DNA of 64,000 bases from Octopus vulgaris (taxonomy: Eukaryota), in assembly GCA_951406725.2 (NCBI GenBank), contig OX597817.1, positions 47,802,001-47,866,000 on the forward strand, in the 5' to 3' direction. Each line of letters starts with the position of its first letter. Position 1 is the first letter of the stretch. This document shows positions 1-11,290 of the stretch, piece by piece. A model generated the notes under the pieces. That model made no database searches. It was given only the letters and a program-made list of their open reading frames with translations, and was not told where the DNA came from. Made by a program: the position numbers and the translations under genes.

Positions 1-160
1 CTTATATGACATTGATGCTCATTTACAACTATCATATATCAGGACAAAGGTGCACACACACCTGTGTACATACATACGTCTATATACATATATATTTATA
101 TACTTTAGGTATGGTAGATGAGTTCAGCAAAAATTTAGATTCAGATGAATATGGTTCTTA

Positions 161-560
161 CATCATCATCATCATCGTTTAACGTCCGTTTTCCATGCTA
201 GCATGGGTTGGACCGGGGTCTGGGAAGCCAGAAGGCTGCACCAGGCTCCAGTCTGATCTGGCAAAGTTTCTACAGCTGGATGCCCTTCCTAACGCCAACC
301 ACTCTGTGAGTGTAGTGGGTGCTTTTTACGTGCCAGGGGAGGCTGGCAACAACCACAATCAGCTGGTGCTTTTTACGTGCCACCGGCACGGAAGCCAGTA
401 AAGGCAGTGCTGGCATCGGTCACGTTCGGATGGTGCCTTTTACATGCCACCAGCACAGAGATCACAACTACAATTTCCATTGATTTTGATGTTGATGTAC
501 TTGACTCAATAGGTCTCCTCAAGCACAGGGTCAAAACGGTGTTTCTTTACTTGCCACCTG
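161..560 (-). mobile_element. SINE-like retroposon, family C (3' tail ...GCATGGAAARCGGACGTTAAACGATGATGATG)
   Basis: Same conserved block (CATCATC-GTTTAACGTCC-TTTCCATGCTAGCATGGGTTGGAC...GGATGCCCTTCCTAACGCCAACCAC) recurs about a dozen times in the first 11.3 kb, always ending in (GAT)n on the element strand. Confidence 0.75.
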
Positions 561-1294
561 CACAGGAGTCAGTCCAGTGGCACTGGCAATGACTTGTTGC
601 CAGTCATCGAATTTGGTTCAATTTCAATTTCACTTGCCCCAACAGGTCTTCGCAAGCAGAGTTTAGTGTCCAATGAAGGGAGGTTGTCATGGGTGCCAGT
701 CGTCGGATGTGACTCGATTTTGATTTCACTTGCCTCAACAGGTCTTCGCAAGCAGAGTTTATATATTTATATATATATGTATATATAAACACATGCAAAC
801 TCACATATACACACATGTATGTGACAGGCTTCTTTCAGTTTCCTTCTACCACATCCACTCGCAAGGCTTTGGTTGACCAAAGGTTAAAGCAGAAGATACT
901 TGCCCAAGATGTCCTGCTGTAGGACTGAACCTGAAACCAGATGATCAGGAAGCAAACTTCTTACCACATGGCCTTCTCCCCAACCCCTACATTAACAAGA
1001 ACACCAGAATAGCTTGCATTCCTATAATTCTTTGCCAAGTTTAGAAGCATCTTCACAACATGATAACAGAACCATTAGCACACCAGGTAAAATGCTTAGC
1101 GCCGTTTCATCCGTCTTCACATTCTGAGTTCAAACTGCACCTTGGTCAACTTAGCCTTTCGTTCTTTCAGGGTCGATAAAATAAACTCCAGTTGGTTACT
1201 AGGGGTCATTGTAATTGAGTTACCCCTTCCCCAAAGTTGCTGGCACTGTGCCAAAATTTGAAGCCAATTTTTTAAACATGACATGTTTAAGACT

Positions 1295-1527
1295 TGGGCC
1301 TCATTGAGGCAGTGACAGGTAACAAAGACCCTTGACAATATACCATACCAGTGGCATGTAAAAACCACCCACTATACTCTCGGGGTGGTTGGTGCTAGGA
1401 AGGGCATTTAACTGTGGAAACATTATCAGATTGAAATGTGGTGCAACTCCCCAGCTTACCAGTTTTCAGTCAAACCATCCAACCCATGCCAGCATGGAAA
1501 GCAGACGTTAAATGATGATGATGATGA
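1295..1527 (+). mobile_element. Family C retroposon copy
   Basis: GGAAGGGCAT...CCAACCCATGCCAGCATGGAAAGCAGACGTTAAATGATGATGATG; reverse complement of the copy at 161. Confidence 0.7.
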
Positions 1528-1580
1528 CAGGCCAACCAAAGCTTTGTGAGATGGAAACTGAAAGAATCCCATTGTATGTA

Positions 1581-2085
1581 CCATAAATCTTCGAGTATAA
1601 TCCGCATTTTTTCCCCAAAATTTAACGGTCAAAATACCTAGTGCATACTATATACAAGGTTAAAAATGAAAAATATTTTCTAAGCAATGTCCAAGTCTCT
1701 ATTTGCTGTCTGGCAATGTTTATTCACATGCATTTTGTGATGTCGGGCACCAAAATACCTTAAGCTAAGCCTGAAAGCAATGAAGTCATAAAAGAATCAT
1801 CCATAACTTGCAGTAAGCAACATTTATTAAAATAAAAGTATTCAGAACACAGAATAACATGTAACAAAAACAATTTGCAAACATTTTTACATTCCCATAT
1901 AACAGTTAAGAACATCACCATCATTGAATTATGCATGCACAGAAGTGTTTGTTCGACTAGGTGCTGCTGGCTTAATTACGCATGATTCAAGTTAGAGAAG
2001 GGGTGCATATTGTACACAAGGTTTAGGTTTTTCAGAGGTACAACCCCCTAAAAATCCCCTGCGGACTATACTCGTGGATTTATGG
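1581..2085. mobile_element. pogo/Tc1-mariner-type MITE
   Basis: Terminal inverted repeats CCATAAATCTTCGAGTATAATCCGCA / TGCGGACTATACTCGTGGATTTATGG flanked by TA on both sides (1579-80, 2086-87); sits in the TA/TG tract of an old family A-like SINE. Confidence 0.75.
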
Positions 2086-2334
2086 TATGTATACATGTGT
2101 ATGTTTGTATGTACCTTTGTCTGGACATCGTGTGATGATTGTTAAATAAGAATCATCATTTTCCTCCAAGGAAGGTTATTCATTTCCAGTCTTCTGTGAA
2201 AAGCCTGTCAGGCCATGTGAAAATCTTACTTTGCTTGGCAACAAGTGAGGGTCTGCAAGAGAAGGGGCAGCCAGCCATAAAAATATTTGCCTCAACAAAT
2301 TCCATTTGACCCATGCAAGCATGGACAAAATCAT

Positions 2335-2680
2335 CATTATCATCGTCATCATCATTTAACTTCTGTTTTCCATGCTGGCATGGGTTGGATGGCTTGACAG
2401 GAGCTGGCCTGTCAGACGGCTGCATCAGACTCCAATTGTCTGGTTTCGGCATGGTTTCTACAGCTGGATGCTCTTCCTGATGCAACCACCTCACAGTGTA
2501 CTGGATATTTTTTTACATGGCACCAGCATGGGTGCATTATACTTGGTACCAGCACAAGTGCTTTTTACGTGGTACCAGCATAGATGCTTTATATGTGGCA
2601 CTGTGGGTGCTTGTTATGTGAAACCAGCACAGGTACTCTGTACGTGGTGCCAGCACAGGTGCTTTTTACATGACACTGGA
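2335..2680 (-). mobile_element. Family C retroposon, degenerate copy with internal short repeats
   Basis: CATCATC tail, TTTCCATGCTGGCATGGGTTGGA block, repeated CCAGCAC...GTGCTTTTTAC units. Confidence 0.6.
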
Positions 2681-2799
2681 CATTAAATGTTGGCGATGAC
2701 AATTCATCTGCAGCTTCCCCATACCCTGGGTTTTTTTTTTTTTTTTTTTTTTTTAATCATTCTGGGACCTGTGATATGGAAAAAAACTGATCTAATATA

Positions 2800-3034
2800 T
2801 ATTTCTTTACTACCCACAAAGGGCTAAACACAGAGGGGACAAACAAGGACAGACAAAGGGATTAAGTCAATTACATCGACCCCAGTGCATAACTGGTACT
2901 TAATTTATCGACCCCGAAAGGATGAAAGGCAAAGTCGACCTCGGCAGAATTTGAACTTGGAACGTAACAACAGACGAAATACGGCAACGCATTTCGCCCA
3001 GCGTGCTAATGCTTCTGCCAGCTCGCCGCTTTCT
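2800..3034 (-). mobile_element. SINE family B (tRNA-like head, GCCTTTCATCCTTTCGGGGTCGATAAA core resembling the Meta/MESC domain)
   Basis: Full-length copy with 15-bp TSD AACTGATCTAATATA (2785-2799, 3035-3049); many near-identical copies in the window. Domain name is from recall of MetaSINE/MESC cores. Confidence 0.85.
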
Positions 3035-3297
3035 AACTGATCTAATATAGGCTTCATGAGGGAGATATTGGTAACCATTTCAATCAGACCAAGCAACCAC
3101 GTAGAGGTCTGCTCTTCGTCTCATTTCTGTATTGTTGTTGTTTTGCAGATGAAAGAGCTTGAATATATTCTACTGCGTATTATTGAGATCCCATCACTTG
3201 ATGTGCTACCATCATTGCCTTCAGCCTGGCAAACCATCATTGTTTCCATTTTGAATAAATGTAAGTTTTGTTTTTATTCTTCTTTCCACATTTCTGC

Positions 3298-3482
3298 ATC
3301 ATCATCAACATCGTCGTCGTCATCATCGTTTAATGTCTGCTTTCCATGCTGGCAGGGGTTGGACAGCTTGACTGAGGACTGCTAAGTCAGGAGGCTGCAC
3401 CAGGCTCCTATCTGATCTGGGAAGGTTTCTGCAGCTAGATGTCCTTCCTAACACCAACCACTCCAAGAGTGTAATGGGTGCT
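3298..3482 (-). mobile_element. Family C retroposon copy
   Basis: Same tail and body as the copy at 161. Confidence 0.7.
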
Positions 3483-3714
3483 TGATTGCAGCTGGACAGT
3501 TGATTAAAACAAATTTAAATACAGAAAAATCCATAAATTCAACAAAGTGCGGTTGGTGTTAAGCTTTTCAAGCATTCAGCAGGTTCCAGCCTGTCTTTTG
3601 AGGAAAGTCAACAGCTTCAGTTCAACCTAACTCAGAACCTTGCACTTACAAATATGATGGTTGTTGTCATGTTTTTTTTTTCTCTCCTTCACTTGAATAT
3701 TCTTTTATCTTTTT

Positions 3715-4045
3715 CTTGTTTCAATCATTATGCTGGAGCACTACCTAGAAGAATTTTTGGGGTCGAATGAATCAACTCCAGTACTTTTTCTATCAGTCTC
3801 TGTTTGCCAGACTGCTAAGTTACTGGGACATAAACACACCAACACCAGTTATCAGATAATAGTAGAGGACAAATACAGATACACACTGATGTGTGTGTGT
3901 GTATGATTGGCTTCTTTCAGTTTCCATCTACCAAATCCACTCACAAGACTTTGGTTAGCCCAAGGCTATACTAGAAGACAAATGCCAAGGTGCTGTGGTA
4001 TGGGACTGAACCTAAAACCATGAGGATGGGAAGCAAGCTTTTTCC
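3715..4045 (-). mobile_element. SINE family A, old diverged copy
   Basis: GCTGGAGCAC...CTAAGTTAC...GGCTTCTTTCAGTTTCCATCTACCAAATCCACTCACAAG...GGGACTGAACC collinear with intact family A copies. Confidence 0.7.
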
Positions 4046-4989
4046 GCCCTGTTTTTCAGTAACCAGGCTGACTTGTCCAGAACTAACGTGGTTGGGAGCT
4101 TTTTCCCCAATCTCCACATATTCTATTTTGTTATGTATTTTCATTAGTTTCTAGTTGGAAGTTTTGGGTTTTTATCCACCCATAAAAAATTATTGATCTC
4201 ACCTCTTGTCTTGTGCTTCTCAATCATTGCCGGGTTTGTTTTCTTTATCCACTTTGATTAGTCTCAGATTCGTCAGCTTTTGGTTATGTAATAGGGATCT
4301 TCATCATATCCTCTTTCTGTTATCCCATTTTCACTTTTCATTACATTTCTTTCTCTCTATCTATCTTTCTCAAGAGCATCTCTGTTACTTCAGCTGATGT
4401 TGGTTTGCTTTCTTAAAGACAAGCAACAGTTGCATTTATTCCATCTCTTTGCATTCTGTAGAAACTCTGCCAGATCAAGACTGGAGTCTGGTGCAGCCAT
4501 CTGGTTCGCCAGTTCTCAGTCAAATCGTCCACCCCATGCTAGCATGGAAAGTGAATGTTAAATGATGATGATTTCAAATCCCATTGAGATCAGCTTTGCC
4601 TTTCATCCTTTCGGGGTCTTTTTTTTTTTTTTTTGCATGTTTTCTAGTTATTTTAGTTAGTACCCTTTATTTTTTTTACTAAATTTTTATAGTTTTGTAG
4701 GTATTTTATAATAACTTTCCAGTTGCCTAACACCCTTACCTTCCTATTTTCGTAAATATATTCCTTCTGTGTTGGGTTTTGAGAGGTATATTCAAAATTT
4801 AATCATTACTTTTTGGTGGATTCACAGTGTTATGAGGAGCAGGGTAGCATTGCTGGTTTTTGATAAGTTCTACAGGCATGGAAGTGCCATCAGCCAGGTT
4901 TACCTGAGATGTGTGCAGAGCAGCAAAACTGTTCTGCATGCTCTCATCCAGGCCCGAACATTGCTGGCTTGTGGGTTTATGTCAAACAC

Positions 4990-5215
4990 CTGTTTATTTC
5001 TTTATTGCCCACTAGGGGCTAAACATAGAGGGGACAAACAAGGACATTAAGTCGATTACATCGACCCCAGTGCATAACTGGTACTTAATTTATCGACCCC
5101 GAAAGGATGAAAGGCAAAGTCGACCTCGCCGGAATTTGAACTCGGAACGTAGCGGCAGACGAAATACCGCAAAGCATTTCGCCTGGCGTTCTAATGTTTC
5201 TGCCAGCTCGCCGCC
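4990..5215 (-). mobile_element. SINE family B inserted in the LINE fragment
   Basis: 13-bp TSD TTATGTCAAACAC (4977-4989, 5216-5228). Confidence 0.85.
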
Positions 5216-5497
5216 TTATGTCAAACACTCTGCTGTCATGTGTAGGACAGATCCGCCTATTAGCTGAATCCATTATGAAGATCATCCTGCCTCCTCCCTT
5301 TCGTCGGAAAGTACAAGCAGCATTTTTCTAGTAGTCTTAGCAAAAGAGGTTGTGTGGTGGACCAGATTGAAAGGGCTGAAGTTAGATACTTTCCTACTTT
5401 CCCTCATCAACTTTTTCGGGTTTCACTTGAAAACGAAAGCAAGGGAAGTGCTGGCTCACAGCAATTTTGTCAAAAGGTGGGTAATTGTGGCAAGAAT

Positions 5498-6016
5498 TAA
5501 AAAAAAAATTTAAATGTTCCTTCTCGAGCCATGCCAGGTTCATAAGAGCCGGTTTCCCAGTTTCATCTGCATAGAAATTCCCCACCTGGACAGGACACCA
5601 GTCCATCGCAGCGTTACTCACTTTTGCCAGCTGAGTGGACTGGAGCAACATGAAATGAAGTGTTTTGCTCAAGAACACAACACAATGCCCGGTCCAGGAA
5701 TTGAAACCTCAACCTTACAGTCATGAGTTCAACACCCTAACCACTAAGCCACGCACCTCCACAAAAAAATGTTCCTTCGCGAGCCATGCCAGGATCATAA
5801 GGGCCATTTACCCAGTTTCAGTGGCGTAGAAATTCCCCAACTGGATGGGACACCAGTCCGCCGCAGGATTACTCACTTTTGCCAGCCTAGCGAACTGGAG
5901 CAACGCGAAATGAAGTGTTTTGCTCAAGAACACAATGCATTCCTGGTCCAGGAATTGAAACCACAACCTTACGATCATGAGTTCAACACCCTAACCACTA
6001 AGCCACGCGTCTCCAC
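5498..6016 (-). mobile_element. Head-to-tail pair of SINE family D (tRNA-like head, CORE-like and V-like segments)
   Basis: Two roughly 250-bp copies (about 5514-5762 and 5769-6016) with box A/B head GGCTTAGTGGTTAGGGTG...GTTTCAATTCC; the pair shares one near-perfect TSD TGTG(G/T)CAAGAAT (5486-5497, 6017-6028). Confidence 0.8.
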
Positions 6017-7494
6017 TGTGTCAAGAATGCTCCAAGTGAAGAGGCCTACTTTAAGCATGCACCTGTAAATTGAAGGAAAATCATGTGGAGAGGACACTTG
6101 CCATAGTAGTCAGCATGACCCTGGTTTTGTGGGGGTTTCCAGAAACAGCCCTAGGAAGTCTCCCTCTTTTGGGGAATTATGCATTGTTAGAATTTATATT
6201 ATCACTTTTTCTACTTTTTACACACTTCTTTATGTAACCCCATTTTGTCTTGTCCAGTTCTGCCCCCAACGTTTTTTGTGAACCCATAGTGGTAAATAAA
6301 GCATCATTATTATTATTATTTCCAGCCTCTGTTAATACTGATGAGGAACGAGATGAATGCCTACATGCTTTCAATCTAATTCAAAGGTTTGTGGGTTCCC
6401 AGCATTTTTAAAATTTATTTCTGATCGTGTGTATTCATGATAAGACAACTACTTTCCTTTTCCTTATTGCAGTAAATAAGATATATTTGTTGGCACTTAG
6501 TTCATTCAGGTAGAATACCTTGCAGTGTATGGTCCAACGCTCTGCTCTCTAAGTTTTAATTTTTGCCGCAGTCACCATCGCCTCGCATGCCATCAGATTT
6601 GATATAGAAAATCAAAAGACGTGCCCACCCATGGTGATGGATTGGCAGATCCATAAAAATGCTGGACTGAATACCTTGTGGTATTTGTTCCAGATTTTGC
6701 ATTCCTCATCATTATCATCATTTAACATCCTCTTTTCCATGCTTGCATGGGTCAAGTGGGATTTGTTGAGACAGATTTTCTACGGCTAGATGCTCCTCCT
6801 GTTGCCAAACCAAACAAGATATTTCCCACTGGCCAGGCAACTGGAAATGGACATTATCATTTGTATGACGACCCTATTCAGTTACAACCATCACGTAACG
6901 GTCAAGACATGGCTATACATACACGACAAGCTTCTTACAGTTTTCGTCTACCAGATTCACTCCCAAGGCATCCGTTGGCACAGGGCTATTATAGAATGCA
7001 CTTGCACAAGGTGCTGTGCAGCTGGTACTGAACCTGAGGCCATGTGGTTTGGAATCAAACTTCTTACCACACAGGCATACTTGCATGTGTAAGTTCAAAT
7101 CCTGCCATTGCCTACTTCACCCGGATCTATATCACCACTTGATTACCTTTGGTGGCATCCACCCTGTTTCAAGCATTTAGCCCAAGGGTCCAGTACTGAA
7201 GATTCCTTCCCTCCTTTCCAATGACCCCTTTAAAGGGTCATTGTTACTGCTTCCCATCTGACTAAAAACATAAAAAACACAAGCTTGCTTCTTTGTTTTT
7301 GTTTATTTGCTTTATGTTGTTCTTACGATATTTTATTTTCCCCCCTTATTTCTAGATGTCCTGATGTCCTGTCTTTGGACCTTGATCTACTTGCCAAGCA
7401 TTTCCACCGTTTAGGGCTTCCTGTCTGCGCCATTTCTTGCCTCCTCATGTCGGCTGTCCTTAACAACAAATTACTTCAGGTATTTTGAGCTTTT

Positions 7495-7865
7495 TATCTT
7501 TTACTTGTTTCAGTCATTGGGCTGTGGCCATGCTGGCGCACCACCTTGATTGGGGTTTAGTTCAACAAATCAACTCTAGGACTTATTTTTTTAAAGCCTG
7601 GTGCTCACTCTGTCAACCTTTTTATGCTGGACTGCTAAGTTATAGGGGATGTAAACAAACCAAATCCAGTTGTCAAGTGTTGGTGATTGGTGGTAGAATA
7701 TACACACACACACAAACACGTCTTTTGCTTTCTGTCTATCAAATCCACTAAGAAGGCTTTGGTCAACCTGGGGCTATAGTATAAGACCCTTGCCCAAAGT
7801 GCCACTGAACCTTCCCAATTGTCTGTTTGGAAAGTGAGATTCTTACTGCACAGCCACACCTGCAC
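7495..7865 (-). mobile_element. SINE family A, diverged copy
   Basis: CTTTTACTTGTTTCAGTCATT...GGCCATGCTGG tail through to ACAGCCACACCTGCAC head. Confidence 0.7.
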
Positions 7866-8059
7866 TTTTCATTGTACGGACATCCATCTGGAAAAACTGT
7901 GATGAAACAAACAGCAAAGCAGGGTGCAGTCTTCTGCCTGGCTGGCTCCGGTCAAACTTTCCAACCCATGCCAGCATGGCAAGCAGATGTTAAATGATGA
8001 TTGAATTTCCATATTGGCTAAATTTGCAGCACCATTCAACCTACCCAATAGTAGAAATC

Positions 8060-9112
8060 ATCATCCTTTTTTAACGTCCACCTTCCATGCTAGCATGGGT
8101 GGGACAGTACCACCAGAGCCAGCCAGGCAGAAACCTGAACCAGACTTCTGTGACTGTTTTGGCAGAAATTTTACAGCTGGATACCCTTCTTAACACCAAC
8201 CGCTCAACAGTGGACTGAGTGCTTTTTTTGTGGCACAAGCACAGGTGAGGTCAGTTTTGGCAAGGTTTTTTACAGCTGGATGCCCTTCCGAATGCCAATC
8301 ACTTTATAGTGTGGACTGGGTGTTTTTAAGTGGCATTTAAAAATTATACATCACTCCTCAAAACATTCTCACCATCCTTTGCCTTTCTAACTGCAATATT
8401 TTACTACTGTAATTAAATGTAATCATCATCATCATCATTTTAACGTCCATCTTCCTACTGGCATAGGTTGGACAGTTAGGAGCTAGAAAGCCAAAGGACT
8501 GCACCAAGCTCCTCTCTTTTGGCATGGTTTTTACGGTTGGATGCCCTTTCTAATACAAACCGCTTTACACTGTGGACTGGGTGCATTTTACATGGTACCA
8601 GCACTGCAGGGGCTGTTTTGACATGGATTTTACGTTTGGCTGCCCTTCCTAATGCCAACCACTTTACAGTGTGGACTACAAACTTTTTACAATGTACCAG
8701 CACCAGAGAGTCTGTTTTGGCATGGTTTTCATGGCTGGATGCTTTGGTATGGTGCATATTTCATCAGCTTTTCCCTGATAGCACTTATTCTCCTTTACAA
8801 CAAAAAACCTGTTCTGGCCCATTTTCTCATACATTAGCCCTTCGTCTCTAAGCATAAAGTCATCTCCCTCCCTACTGTAGACCAATTCAGTCAAAGGGGT
8901 CTTGGTCTTGCAGCTACTTGGTGACCTTACTAGTGCTGGTGCTATGGAGAAGCACCCAGTAAATGCTGTAAAGTGGCTGGCATTAGGAAGGGCACCCAAC
9001 CATAGAAACCATTCCAAAGCTGACAAGAAGCACATCTCAGTCCTTAGACGCATCGGATACTGTCAAACTGTCCAGCTCATGCCAACATGGAACATCGATG
9101 TTAAATGATGAC
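8060..9112. mobile_element. Cluster of three family C copies (two minus, one plus)
   Basis: Family C tails near 8060 and 8423 (minus) and near 9105 (plus); repeated GGATGCCCTTCC..ATGCCAACCAC modules. Confidence 0.65.
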
Positions 9113-9379
9113 ATTGTTTTATAATATTTCTCTCTCTCTTTTCCAAAGATTACTTCTAAGAATTATCATTTATTTTTTTCTTCAGAGCATTCTTTCTATT
9201 GGTGCCAAGAAGCTGTTCGATTCTTTCCTATTAACAAGAACCAAATGTATTGCTTCTGCCATTTCTTATGAGGTCAGTAAATGTTTCTCAGTTTGTTCGG
9301 TTTGTCTAACATCCCTTCTGAAAAAGCAGATCAGAACAGATGGAGGACGGATGGCATTAATACCCCTTCTTCACACTTA

Positions 9380-9620
9380 CTCGCTCACTCTCTTGTCCTC
9401 TCTCTTTCAGTTGCTCCTTTTCTCTCTCTCTCCTTTTCACTTGTTCTCCTTCTCTCTCTCTCACTTGCTCTCCTTCTCTCTCATTTGCTCTCCTTCCCTC
9501 TCTCACTTGCTCTCCTCTCACTTGCTCTCCTTTTCTCTCTCATTTGCTCTCCTTCCCTCTCTCACTCTCCCTCCCTCTTTCTCTCACTTGCTCTCCTTCT
9601 CTCTCTCGCTCTCTTTCTCT
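9380..9620. repeat. Polypyrimidine minisatellite (CTCTCACTTGCTCTCCTT units)
   Basis: Directly visible CT-rich tandem units. Confidence 0.9.
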
Positions 9621-9759
9621 GGTCAAATATGGTTTTTTCATGGCTACCTTTATATTGTCATTTTAAAAATAAACAGTCACATCATTGAAATCTCAAAGCT
9701 ATGAAATAGCTTAATTAATATATAATTAATTTAAAATGGTGTAAATACATAAGCTTTAC

Positions 9760-10094
9760 TCTGTTGTGTCTGGGGAGAGTCATTTTCTTTTTATGCCTTA
9801 CGATGTAACACACTCACCAGTAAAATTACCACTTTTTTCTTATTTTTATTTTCCTAAAATTTTCATTGCATCTTGCAAACTTTTCAGTTGTCAAGACTAT
9901 TGAAAAGGTTGCAAGACGCAACGAAAAATTTAGGAAAATAGAAATAAGAAAAAGGTGGAAAATAAAAATAAGAAAAAAGTGAGTGTGTTAAATTATAAGG
10001 CACAAAAGGAAAATGACTCTCCTCAGACACAACAGAATATGCTTCAACACATGAAATCATATAAAGAATCTTGCAAACCAATTCCGAAAACGAA
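9760..10094. mobile_element. Hairpin-plus-tail element, possibly Penelope-like relic
   Basis: Long imperfect palindrome 9761-10035 plus about 60-bp tail; 13-bp TSD ACATAAGCTTTAC (9747-9759, 10095-10107); relatives at 15460 and 60445. Confidence 0.75.
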
Positions 10095-10126
10095 ACATAA
10101 GCTTTACATTTGACTGAATGCTAAAT

Positions 10127-11290
10127 CATCATCATCGTTTAGCGTCCGCTTTCCATGCTAGCATGGGTTGGACGGTTCAACTGGGGTCTGGGAAGCCAGA
10201 AGGCTGCACCAGGCCCAGTTTGATCTGGCAATGTTTCTACGGCTGGATGCCCTTCCTAACGGCAACCACTCCATGAGTGTAGTGGGTGCTTTTTACATGC
10301 CACCGGCACAGGTACCAGACGAGTCTGGCAAACGGTCACGATCGGATGGTGCTTTTTATGTGCCACCGGCACAGGGGCCAGGTGAGGCTGGCAACGGCCT
10401 CGAACGGATGGTGCTTTTTACGTGCCACCGGCACAGGGGCCAGGCGAGGCTGGCAACAGCCACGAACGGATGGTGCTTGGCCGTTGCCAGCTAAAGAGTT
10501 CATATAATTTCTAGTGCTCAAATCCTTATGAGAGTCTCTCAAGGTGAATCTTACAGTATTTGGTGTTCAAAAGAAACCTCATCATCATCGTTGTCGTTTA
10601 ACGTCTGCTTTCCATGCTGGCATGGGTTGGACAGCTTGACTGAGGTCTGATAGGCCAGGAGGGTGCACCAGGCTTCTATCTGATTTGGCATGGTTTCTAC
10701 AGCTGGATGCCCTTCCTAGCGCTAACCACTCCAAGAGTATTGTGGGTGATTTTTACATGCCACCAGCACAGGAGCTAGTCATGCGGTACTGGCATTGACC
10801 ATACTCGAATGGTGCTTTTCATGTGCCAGTTAGATGGCACTGGCATTGACCATATTCAAATGATTTTTTTACATGATGTCGGCACGGGTGCCAGTCAGGC
10901 GGCACTGACGTCGGTCATGTTAGAATGGTGCTTTTAACATGTCACTGGCACGGGTGCCAGTCAGGCAGCACTGACATCGGTCATGTTAGAATGGTGCTTT
11001 TTACATGCCACCGGCACAGGTGCCAGTCAGGTGGTGCTGGCATTGGCAGCCAGCACAAGATCAATACTTTTTACTCTTAATACTGCTTCTGTTGTTACTA
11101 ATTATCTGTTTACCTTTTATTCTATCTTGCTTTTAGGTCATGCTGTTGATTTTCCAGTTAATAATGGAAGAAAACTTGAGTCACATTGCTCGGATGGTGC
11201 TTTTCATGTGCCACCAGCAGGGGTGCCAGTTAGATGGCACTGGCATCAATCACGTTCAAATGTTACTTTTTACATGCCACAATGGTCTGG
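10127..11290 (-). mobile_element. Two family C copies with tandemly amplified ~60-bp internal module
   Basis: Tails near 10127 and 10579; repeated GGATGGTGCTTTTTACGTGCCACCGGCAC...GCCAG units. Confidence 0.75.

Larger units (their letters stand above)
4830..6310 (+). mobile_element. Tx1/L1-like LINE 3' fragment (ORF2 C-terminus and 3' UTR), interrupted by three SINEs
   Basis: Decayed zinc-knuckle region DKFYRHGSAISQVYLRCVQSSKTVLHALIQ (compare 58260-58390), then LVVLAKEVVWWTRLKGLK...LINFFGFHLK, ending in CCCATAGTGGTAAATAAAG plus (ATT)n. Confidence 0.65.

Noticed and set aside
590-760. Two ~92-bp direct repeats that could suggest an array
   Set aside because: Only two degenerate units adjoining a family C element; a simple local duplication, not CRISPR-like.
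9105-9704. 199-aa and 135-aa Leu/Ser-rich ORFs
   Set aside because: Translations of the CT-rich minisatellite.
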